Notes: generated by a model not told the origin, from the letters alone. Positions 1 to 7,089 are shown, counted from the stretch's first letter. The stretch is 14,308 bases of DNA from Candidatus Zixiibacteriota bacterium (GCA_041742355.1 JBGSIV010000122.1:1-14308); one strand, 5' to 3'. Made by a program: numbers and translations.

Positions 1-3000
1 GCAGTGCGCTTCGTCGATCGACAGCGAGACCTCCACCTCGGCGAAATTCCGTTTGCGCCAGTCGGCCGGCGCCCTCGGCGTTGACACCCGATCCACCGTC
101 AGCAGATCCTCCAGGTTTTCGCTCACCGGCGGCACGTACACGCGGGGCAGGTTCGGTTCCTGAACCTCGGCCAGTTCCAGCCCGCGCACGTAGCGGTCGA
201 TCATCCGCGCCGCCCGCTTGCCGTCGGCGATCGCTTCGACCACCGTGTTCGGCCCGCGCACGACATCCCCGGCCGCGAATACGCCTTCGCGGGTCGTCAG
301 GAGCGTCATCCGGTCCACCTTGACCGTGTTGTTGCCGGTGATCGCGATATGGCTCTGCTTCGCCGGCCCGATCGCATCGACGCCGGAGTCTTCGCTGATG
401 GCCACCACGAGCGTGTTGAATTCCATGCTGAATTCGCTCCCCTCGATCGGGATCGGCCGCTGACGGCCCGACTCGTCGATATCACCGAGCCTGTTGCGCA
501 GGCACTCCAGCCCGGCCAGCTTGCCGTCTTTCGCCAGCACCCGTTTCGGCGTCACCAGAATCCGAATGTCGATTCCTTCCTGGTCAGCCGCCTCGATCTC
601 CTCCGCGAACGCCGGCATTTCCTCCCGCGTCCGGCGGTAGAGAATCGTCACGCTCTCGACATCCCGCTGACGCAGCGCCACGCGGGCGGCGTCGAGCGCC
701 GAGTTGCCGCCGCCGATCACCCCCACGCGTCCCTTCGCCAGGGATTCGCCGCGCTGGTTGTATGCCTTGAGGAACTCGATCGACGGATAGACGCCGGCGC
801 AGTTCTCATTCTCCAGTTTGAGCGGTTTGCTCTCATGTGCGCCGAGCGCCAGCAGCACCGCTTTATAGCCATCCTCGAACAGGCCATCGACCGTGATCTG
901 CTTGCCGAGGGCCGTATTGCACCGCACCGTGATGTTGGCGTCGAGCAGCGCGTCGATCTCCCGGCGGATCACCTCCTGCGGCAACCGGTAGCCGGGAATT
1001 GCGCAGTAGAGCATGCCGCCCGGACGATCCTCCTTCTCGAACACCGTCACCCGGTATCCCTTGAGCGAGAGGTAGTGCGCCGCCGTCAAACCGGCCGGTC
1101 CCGACCCGATCACGGCCACCCGGGGCGCGGCCATGCCCGTCCAGGACTGCCGCCGAGGCGTGTAGCTCATCGGATCGATTCGGTCGGTGATGAAGCGTTT
1201 GAGCGCGCGGATGGCAACCGGATCGGTCCCGGTCTGGCCCGCCTTACAGCGTTCCTCGCACGGATGATGGCAGACCCGGCCGCACACCGACGGGAACGGA
1301 TTCGCCTCCCGGATAACCTGGTAGGCTTCTTTGTATTCTCCATTCGCGATATGCGCCACATACCGCCAGGCTTCCGTCCCCAGCGGGCAGGCCGACTGGC
1401 ACGGCGCCCCGACCAGGTTGGCGCACACGAACGCATCACAGCGCTTCTCGACAATGTGGCGCTCGAACTCGGCACGGAAATACCGCAACATCGAAAGCAC
1501 CGGATTCGCGGCCGACTGCCCCAGGCCGCACATCGAGGTATCTTTCACCACCAGCGCCAGCTCCTCGAGCAGATCCAGATCCGCTAAAGTCGCCTTGCCG
1601 TCGGTGATGTCCTCGAGGATCTCGTACATCCGCTGCGTGCCTTTGCGGCAGGTGAAACACTTCCCGCACGATTCGTCCTTGAGGAACTTCATGAAGTACT
1701 TGGCGACATCGACCATGCAGGTGTTCTCGTCCATCACGATCATGCCGCCGGAGCCCATGATCGAGCCGGCCTTCGCGAGGCTGTCGTAGTCGATAGACAT
1801 GTCGAACATCGAGGCCGGGATGCAGCCGCCCGACGGTCCGCCGGTCTGCACCGCCTTGATCCGCGCGCGACCGGCCGACCCGCCGCCGATTCCGTACACC
1901 ACGTCGCTGAGTTTTGTCCCCAGCGGCACCTCGACCAACCCGGTGTTCTTGATCTTCCCGACCAGCGAGAAGATTTTTGTCCCGGTGTTGCCCGGAATGC
2001 CCACCCGGGCGTATTCGATTCCGCCACGGTTGATGATCTCGGGGATATTTCCCCAGGTCTCGACGTTATTGATGCAGGTCGGATTGCCGAAAATGCCCTT
2101 CTCGATCGGGAACGGCGGCCGCTGCCGCGGTTCGCCCATGTACCCTTCGATCGACTTGATCATCGCGGTCTCTTCGCCGCAGACGAACGCTCCGGCGCCG
2201 CGCACGATTTCGATGTCGAAGGTGTGTCCTGTCCCGAGGATGTCCTCGCCGAGTATTCCCGCTTCGCGCGCCTGGCGCAGGGCGATGATGCAGTGCTTGA
2301 TCGCCAGCGGATACTCGCTGCGGACATAGATGATTCCGCGGGTGGCCCCGATTGCGAGCCCGCCGATAATCATCCCCTCGATAATGGCGTGCGGATTCCC
2401 TTCCAGGAGGCCGCGATCCATGTACGCCCCGGGATCCCCTTCGTCGGCGTTGCAGACCACGTACTTTTGCTGGCCCGGGCGGCCCGATTTGCGGGCGAAC
2501 GCCCACTTTTGGCCGGTGGGGAATCCCGCGCCGCCGCGGCCGCGGATACCGGAGGCCTGCACCTCGCTGATAGTCCAGTCCGGATCGTTCCGATCCAGCG
2601 CCTTCAGGAGCGCGCCGTACCCGCCGTTCTCGAAGTAATCCATGATCCGGATCGGGTCGAGCTTCTGGTTGTTGCCGAGGATCGTGCGGGTCTGCCGCGC
2701 GAAGAACGGGATCTCCGCCTGCGTCTCGTAGACCTTCTCATCCCGCTCGTCGCGGTACAGGAGGTCGCGCGCCGGCTGACCCGACAGCGCCGCGTCGATC
2801 ACGCGCGGTACGTCTTCCATCTTCAGGTGGGGGTAGAAGTGGCCGTAGGGCTCCACGACCACGTACGGATTCATCTCGCAGAATCCGTGACACCCGGTAA
2901 TGCGCAGCCGAAGACGCTGCTGCAGGAACCGGTCGAGCATGTGCTTCTTGAACAGCCGGATCAGGTCGTTCACGCCGCTCGCCTGCGCGCCGGTATCGGC

Positions 3001-3099
3001 GCTCACCACGATTGTCGGAATCGACGCGCCCCGCTGCCGTTCCTGCATCACCCGACTGCGGAATCCCGCCAGATCTTCGACTGATGTCAGTTTTCTCAT
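1..3099 (-). CDS. NuoF/HydB/HoxF-like FMN-NADH subunit fused to a GltD/NfnB-like Fe-S/FAD/NADPH oxidoreductase (3' end beyond window, >1033 aa)
   Basis: Not in ORF track because no stop lies in the window. ATG at 3099 preceded by GAGGAG; frame open to base 1. Manual translation: MRKLTSVEDL...GCHGFCE...GIRGRGGAGFPTG...NADEGDPGAYMDR...GAGAFVCGEETA...GGPSGG...ESCGKCFTCRKG...MCGLG, then APCQSACP...CGRVCHHPCEERC...GSGPAG...IPGYRLP...GGGNSALD...YRR...FAAGD. Confidence 0.93.
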   Translation of the reverse strand, partial: MRKLTSVEDLAGFRSRVMQERQRGASIPTIVVSADTGAQASGVNDLIRLFKKHMLDRFLQQRLRLRITGCHGFCEMNPYVVVEPYGHFYPHLKMEDVPRVIDAALSGQPARDLLYRDERDEKVYETQAEIPFFARQTRTILGNNQKLDPIRIMDYFENGGYGALLKALDRNDPDWTISEVQASGIRGRGGAGFPTGQKWAFARKSGRPGQQKYVVCNADEGDPGAYMDRGLLEGNPHAIIEGMIIGGLAIGATRGIIYVRSEYPLAIKHCIIALRQAREAGILGEDILGTGHTFDIEIVRGAGAFVCGEETAMIKSIEGYMGEPRQRPPFPIEKGIFGNPTCINNVETWGNIPEIINRGGIEYARVGIPGNTGTKIFSLVGKIKNTGLVEVPLGTKLSDVVYGIGGGSAGRARIKAVQTGGPSGGCIPASMFDMSIDYDSLAKAGSIMGSGGMIVMDENTCMVDVAKYFMKFLKDESCGKCFTCRKGTQRMYEILEDITDGKATLADLDLLEELALVVKDTSMCGLGQSAANPVLSMLRYFRAEFERHIVEKRCDAFVCANLVGAPCQSACPLGTEAWRYVAHIANGEYKEAYQVIREANPFPSVCGRVCHHPCEERCKAGQTGTDPVAIRALKRFITDRIDPMSYTPRRQSWTGMAAPRVAVIGSGPAGLTAAHYLSLKGYRVTVFEKEDRPGGMLYCAIPGYRLPQEVIRREIDALLDANITVRCNTALGKQITVDGLFEDGYKAVLLALGAHESKPLKLENENCAGVYPSIEFLKAYNQRGESLAKGRVGVIGGGNSALDAARVALRQRDVESVTILYRRTREEMPAFAEEIEAADQEGIDIRILVTPKRVLAKDGKLAGLECLRNRLGDIDESGRQRPIPIEGSEFSMEFNTLVVAISEDSGVDAIGPAKQSHIAITGNNTVKVDRMTLLTTREGVFAAGDVVRGPNTVVEAIADGKRAARMIDRYVRGLELAEVQEPNLPRVYVPPVSENLEDLLTVDRVSTPRAPADWRKRNFAEVEVSLSIDEAHC

Positions 3100-3134
3100 C
3101 TATGGTATCTCCTCGCTCGTTGCTTCCGTTGAGG

Positions 3135-3987
3135 TTAGTAGGCGGCGGTCCCGCCGAAATCGAGGATATGCCCCTTGCAGCCGCGCCGCGAGCAGAGCTG
3201 GACCACTCCGCCGCCGCGCACGATCATGGGCACCATCGGCGCCCCGCAATCCGCGCACGGCACGCCGCCCCATCATCTCGGCGTGGCAGTGCGGGCAGAA
3301 AAATGTCACCACCGTCTCCGGCGGAATCTCGTACTCCGAGTGCACCGTGTACGAGCCCCACAGCGACGATACGGCCAGCCACCCGTGCCGGGTTCCGAAC
3401 GACATCGTCACGCGCACCGACGGATGGCCGTCGATCTCGTAGTTGGGGTCCATGAGGCTGTGGTTGCACCGGGCGCAACTCAACTCGACCGGGAACAGCC
3501 GCTGGTCCGTGTCCACCGACACGATATCCAGCCCCTCTTTCGCTTTGGCGAGGATATCCCCCACCATCGACGTCTTCACTTTTGAAAAGTAGTGGCCGTC
3601 GATCACCACAATCGGCCCGAGAGCGCACGCGCCCAGGCAGTTCACCGTTTCCAGTGTGAATTCCCGGTCGGGCGTAGTCTCCCCGGCCGTAACGCCCAGC
3701 TTCCGTTCGATTTCCCGGGCGACCGCCGGTCCGCCGCGCACGTGGCAGGCCGTACCCAGGCAGACCGACACGAGGTGCTTCCCCCGGGGCTTCAGACTGA
3801 ACGCCCGGTAGAATGTCGCCACCCCGTAGATGTCGACCAGCGACCGTCCTGTCTCCTGGGCGACGAGACGGAGTCCCTCTTCCGAGAGGTACCCGTACTT
3901 CGCCTGCATGTCCTCGAGGATCGAGATCAGGCTGCCTCGATTCCCGTTGTGCTTCTCAACGATGCTGAGGACTTCCTCTGTGTTCAT
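3135..3987 (-). CDS. NuoE/HydC/HoxE-like [2Fe-2S] subunit with Cys-rich C-terminal extension; contains a 1-bp frameshift at 3268-3271 (corrected length 283 aa)
   Basis: VATFY, VCLGTACH and NCLGACALGP motifs; GAGGG SD before ATG 3987. Removing one G from the G4 run gives MMGGVPCADCGAPMVPMIVRGGGVVQLCSRRGCKGHILDFGGTAAY-stop (TAA at 3135-3137), which leaves the next gene's SD intergenic. The track ORF 3100..3987 has a low-complexity, out-of-frame-looking tail. Confidence 0.88.
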
Positions 3988-4072
3988 AGTTTACCCTCAG
4001 TTACTTGCCCGCTGCCGCGGGCTCCATCTATGCTGTGATCGTTCGTTTCTTCCGGCGGGCCGGGGCCCTTCT

Positions 4073-4099
4073 GTCATTCCTGCAGAAGCATAAATCCAG
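4073..4099 (+). repeat. Degenerate GTCATTCC-type REP-like palindrome
   Basis: GTCATTCCTGC-AGAA-GCATAAATCCAG resembles the widespread GTCATTCCyGCg-nnn-GCrGGAATCCAG repeat; right arm has two mismatches. Confidence 0.5.
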
Positions 4100-4115
4100 T
4101 TCTTGTTTTTTCTCC

Positions 4116-4145
4116 GTCAAGCACGCCGAGCCGTGCTTGACCTAC
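4116..4145 (-). repeat. GTAG-family REP-like hairpin, type 1
   Basis: Minus strand GTAG-GTCAAGCACG-gctcgg-CGTGCTTGAC: perfect 10-bp stem directly after GTAG. Confidence 0.75.
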
Positions 4146-4170
4146 CGGACGTTCCATTTGTCGTTATCGT

Positions 4171-4212
4171 GTCGGGTTTCTCGGCGCCTTGGCGCCTCGG
4201 AACCCGACCTAC
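4171..4212 (-). repeat. GTAG-family REP-like hairpin, type 2
   Basis: Minus strand GTAG-GTCGGGTT-ccgaGGCGCCaaGGCGCCgaga-AACCCGAC: 8-bp outer stem plus inner GGCGCC stem. Confidence 0.75.
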
Positions 4213-4243
4213 GCCGGGGTCCTCGCAATGACATTGTCCAAAG

Positions 4244-4331
4244 TCATTAATCCCAGTGATCCCACAGCAAGCTGTGGGCTACACAGTTCATTTATCTCAG
4301 TGATCCCACAGCAAGCTGTGGGCTACCCAGT
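4244..4331 (-). repeat. Tandem 44-bp duplication, each copy carrying a GTAG-family REP-like hairpin, type 3
   Basis: Units 4244-4287 and 4288-4331 differ at 3 positions; each contains minus-strand GTAG-CCCACAGC-tt-GCTGTGGG (4261-4282, 4305-4326). Confidence 0.85.
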
Positions 4332-4383
4332 TCCTCGCGATGGCATAGCTGCATGCGTACTCCCCGCTATGGCATAGCTTCGT

Positions 4384-4433
4384 GCATACTCCTCATGCAT
4401 ACTCCTCATGCATACTCCTCACGCATACTCCTC
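4384..4433. repeat. 13-bp-period tandem repeat, 4 copies of GCATACTCCTC, overlapping the 3' end of the Cys-rich gene
   Basis: Cores at 4384, 4397, 4410, 4423; degenerate copy at 4355; ATGGCATAGCT occurs at 4340 and 4369. Confidence 0.9.
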
Positions 4434-4697
4434 GCAGTGCCACACCCCTTCTTCAGGACGAGACAACGTGCACGTCTCGGCATTTGCGCACGTCGCACAC
4501 AACCCCGGCGATTGCTGCGGAGGACACTCGACGGCCCCTTCGGTCTTCGCGCCGAGATTTCCGGTGTCGAGGGCGCAGTGCTCGAACAGCTCGCAGTACA
4601 GGGCGTCCTTCCCCCGCTTGCAGCGGAAGACGCAGATCTCCACATGCTTGCAGGTCGCACACAGTCCATGAAACGTCGATTCATACCCTGACCACAC
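4419..4697 (-). CDS. Small protein with two tandem GLCxxC-x5-C-x11/12-CE motifs (putative metal/Fe-S binding), about 92 aa; start uncertain
   Basis: GLCATCKHVEICVFRCKRGKDALYCELF and GLCATCANAETCTLSRPEEGVWHCEEY. GTG at 4697 follows GGGAG; the ORF-track start at 4841 lacks an SD and adds an Arg-rich, non-coding-looking segment. Confidence 0.75.
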   Translation of the reverse strand: MWSGYESTFHGLCATCKHVEICVFRCKRGKDALYCELFEHCALDTGNLGAKTEGAVECPPQQSPGLCATCANAETCTLSRPEEGVWHCEEYA

Positions 4698-4864
4698 GGG
4701 GCGACTCTCCCTTGTCGGCCACCCTTTACTCTTGTCCGTCCGAATGCGCGAAACCCGCGATATCCGGTGCGCTGACGCTCGCGGTGCGATCCACGGGACC
4801 AACCGGATCGGTCGCATGCGAACATCGGTTCGCGGAGCCATATATCTACATATAGTGTGAGACT

Positions 4865-4880
4865 AACAGACCGCGTGCCA
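4865..4880 (-). promoter_or_regulatory. Candidate sigma-54 (-24/-12) promoter
   Basis: Minus strand TGGCACGCGGTCTGTT: perfect -24 box TGGCACG, GG-N10-GT instead of GG-N10-GC; points at the Cys-rich gene and redox genes. Confidence 0.5.
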
Positions 4881-5058
4881 ACCTGTACCAGGTGGTCGGT
4901 TTTTCACCGGCTATCGCGACGCATGCGATATCGGAGACCGGAATGCGAGGGGATTCACTTGAGTGACAAGCGGATGCACATGTGATCGCAGGCTCCGATG
5001 CGACCCTTTCGCCGAGCGCTATCGTCTATTTTCCCGAGTGCGACTTCGCGCTCTCATG

Positions 5059-5093
5059 CGAGGCAAATCTCCCCACCGGGGCGTTTTTCCCCA
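5059..5093. promoter_or_regulatory. Candidate tandem enhancer (bEBP UAS) sites
   Basis: Two 17-bp imperfect palindromes with 18-bp period: CGAGGCAAATCTCCCCA (5059-5075) and CGGGGCGTTTTTCCCCA (5077-5093), about 180-210 bp upstream of the -24 box. Confidence 0.4.
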
Positions 5094-5100
5094 GTACGCC

Positions 5101-5134
5101 AAACAAAATCCCCGGCCGGTTACCCGGCCGGGGA
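5101..5134 (-). terminator. Rho-independent terminator after the SDR-SDR-GNAT-fragment unit
   Basis: 11-bp stem TCCCCGGCCGG/CCGGCCGGGGA (5109-5134), 4-nt loop, followed on the minus strand by TTTTGTTT. Confidence 0.8.
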
Positions 5135-5157
5135 ATCAATCTTCAACCGTGCGAAGA

Positions 5158-5340
5158 TCAAAACCTGGTCGAGATCTCCCGATACCAGAAGATCGCCACC
5201 TCACCCCGCACAGCCGCAATCCCCCCGTACAACTTCCGGTCGAACCCGCCGATCTCGAACCCGCATGCCTGGTAGAGCCGGCACGCCCCCACATTATTAT
5301 CCTGCGTTTCCAGCATTACCCCCATCAGCGTCGCCGTCAT
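5158..5340 (-). pseudogene. C-terminal fragment of a streptothricin acetyltransferase (Sat)-like GNAT
   Basis: GVMLETQDNNVGACRLYQACGFEIGGFDRKLY...EVAIFWY matches the recalled C-terminus of Sat-family GNATs; only 60 aa, with no acetyl-CoA motif A; in-frame TAG six codons upstream of the ATG. Confidence 0.75.
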
Positions 5341-6098
5341 CTCCCCCGCATGAACCTATCGGGATCCTCCCGGTATCGCTTCGCGACTTCATCCATTCCC
5401 GGCGCCGTGTATACCTCCGCCACCGGTCGCTCGATCACCCCCGCGATTACCTTCGCAACATCTTCCGCGCTCTGCGGCGTCATCGGCGGCCCTCCCCCCG
5501 GGCGAAACTGCGGCAGTCCGCCGATCGCATTCTGGTGGAATTCGGTCGCCACCATCGGCGGCATCACCAGGGTGACGTGGATGTTCGGCCATTGGTCCCG
5601 AAGGTCCATCCGGAGATTGGTCGTGAGCACGTTGAGCGCCGCCTTGCAGCCGCTGTAGATCGAGCGGAACGACACCAGCGGCACGCGTCCCAGAAACGAC
5701 GACACATTGATCAGATGTCCCTTCCCCTGCTCCTGGAAGTACGGCACAATAACCTGCATGCCGTAGAGCGCCGACTTGAGGTTCACCGCGACTATCTCGT
5801 CGACTTCCTCGTCGGTCAACTGGAGGACCGGCCGCGTGATCCCCCGCCCCGCGTTGTTGATCCAGACATCGATCTGGCCGAACGCGGCGAGCGCTTCATT
5901 TCGAATCCGCTCGACATCGGCGCGCTTTGTGACGTCGGCGACCACGGTCACAGTATCCCCACCGATCTCTGCCGCAACCGCTTGGAGCCGCTCTTGTCGC
6001 CGCGCGGCGAGTACGATTCTGTGTCCCTGCGCCGCGAGCGCCTTGCCTGCGGCCGCCCCGATCCCGGCCGATCCGCCGGTGATAACGACCACGCTCAT
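5337..6098 (-). CDS. Classical SDR oxidoreductase, probably NADP(H)-dependent (253 aa)
   Basis: TGGSAGIG, ARR, NNAG, VSS, YSGCK; SD AAGGAGA before ATG 6098. Confidence 0.92.
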   Translation of the reverse strand: MSVVVITGGSAGIGAAAGKALAAQGHRIVLAARRQERLQAVAAEIGGDTVTVVADVTKRADVERIRNEALAAFGQIDVWINNAGRGITRPVLQLTDEEVDEIVAVNLKSALYGMQVIVPYFQEQGKGHLINVSSFLGRVPLVSFRSIYSGCKAALNVLTTNLRMDLRDQWPNIHVTLVMPPMVATEFHQNAIGGLPQFRPGGGPPMTPQSAEDVAKVIAGVIERPVAEVYTAPGMDEVAKRYREDPDRFMRGR

Positions 6099-6132
6099 TG
6101 CATGTCTCCTTCCTTGATGTCGACTGTCCCCC

Positions 6133-6894
6133 TCACACCATCTGTATCCCGCCGCTCACCGGAATATACGCCCCGGTCACAAACCCCATCCCTCCCGAGG
6201 CGACTGCGACCACCACCCCCGCGACGTCCTCGGGCTGAGCGACCCGTCCGAGCGGGGTCAACCGCGCCATCATCTGGAAATACTCCTGCGGCTGTCCCGA
6301 GGTCGCGTCGGTCACTGTCAGACCCGGCGCCACAGTATTGACCCGGATCCCGAACTGGCCCAGTTCCAACGCGAGCGACTTCATCAGGCCGTCGACGGCC
6401 GATTTCGCGGTGGTGTGGGCGGAAAAACAGGGGGCCGCCACCCGCGACAATTGGCTGGAGATCCCGATCACACAGCCGCTTTTTCGCTGCACCATCGACG
6501 GCAACACCGCTTTGAGCGGGCGGAAGAAGCACTCCCATTCCCCGGTCACCTTCCGGCTGAACTCCTCGTGCGTCAGGTCGATAAACGGCTTGTGGGGCAC
6601 CCCCATTCCCGCATTCAGCACCAGGATGTCGACGGGCCCGAACTCAGCCGTCGTTTTCGCCACCATGGCGCTAACTTCCTCCTCGGATCGGGCATCGGCG
6701 CTGTACATGAAGGCTCTTCCCCCGGTCGCCTTGCCCGCGTCGTTGATCGCGGCGACCACCCGTGCTGCCGCCGGTTCGTTCGCCCGGTAGTTCACCACCA
6801 CTTTCGCCCCGCGCTGTCCGAACGCCATGGCTGTGGCCGCCCCGATTCCCCGCGCCGCCCCGGTGATAAGCACCACTTTTCCCGTTAGATCCAT
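6133..6894 (-). CDS. FabG-like SDR with HxxxK in place of YxxxK (253 aa)
   Basis: Start MDLTGK at 6894 after GAGGAGG (track start 7161 looks over-extended); TGAARGIG, NYR, NAG, ISS, HTTAK, IRVNTVAPG, TPLGR. Confidence 0.9.
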   Translation of the reverse strand: MDLTGKVVLITGAARGIGAATAMAFGQRGAKVVVNYRANEPAAARVVAAINDAGKATGGRAFMYSADARSEEEVSAMVAKTTAEFGPVDILVLNAGMGVPHKPFIDLTHEEFSRKVTGEWECFFRPLKAVLPSMVQRKSGCVIGISSQLSRVAAPCFSAHTTAKSAVDGLMKSLALELGQFGIRVNTVAPGLTVTDATSGQPQEYFQMMARLTPLGRVAQPEDVAGVVVAVASGGMGFVTGAYIPVSGGIQMV

Positions 6895-7060
6895 TTGAGC
6901 CTCCTCGTTGTCTTTGGTGTCGCGTACCGCGGAGAACGCCTCCATGGTCATAGAGGCCAACATAATACCCGCTCCCCCGCGCATCCAACCGATTTCCCCG
7001 CCGCGCAGTTTCGGCCCCCTGGCCGGCGTGACATTCTCTCCTGTGGGATCCTGACTTGGA

Positions 7061-7089
7061 TTGACTGGAATTGTTGACCGTTGTATGTT
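7061..7089 (+). promoter_or_regulatory. Candidate sigma-70 promoter for the Lys-rich peptide
   Basis: TTGACT-N17-TATGTT in an AT-rich patch about 95 bp upstream of ATG 7183. Confidence 0.55.

Noticed and set aside
349..3084. Long plus-strand ORFs (349..1587, 1799..2329, 2224..3084); likewise 4998..6341, 10284..11099 and 12195..13355
   Set aside because: Antisense shadows of high-GC minus-strand genes with clear family motifs; no recognisable motifs of their own.
1..3987. Assignment as respiratory complex I nuoE/nuoF
   Set aside because: GltD fusion, HydB-type signatures, extended E subunit and no other nuo genes upstream; gene symbols withheld.
4244..4331. CRISPR-like palindromic repeat pair
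   Set aside because: Only two copies, the intervening sequence is itself duplicated so there are no unique spacers, and no cas genes are present; fits a REP tandem duplication.
4353..4855. Plus-strand ORFs with HTPHAYSS repeats
   Set aside because: Translation artefacts of the 13-bp tandem repeat, antisense to the Cys-motif gene.
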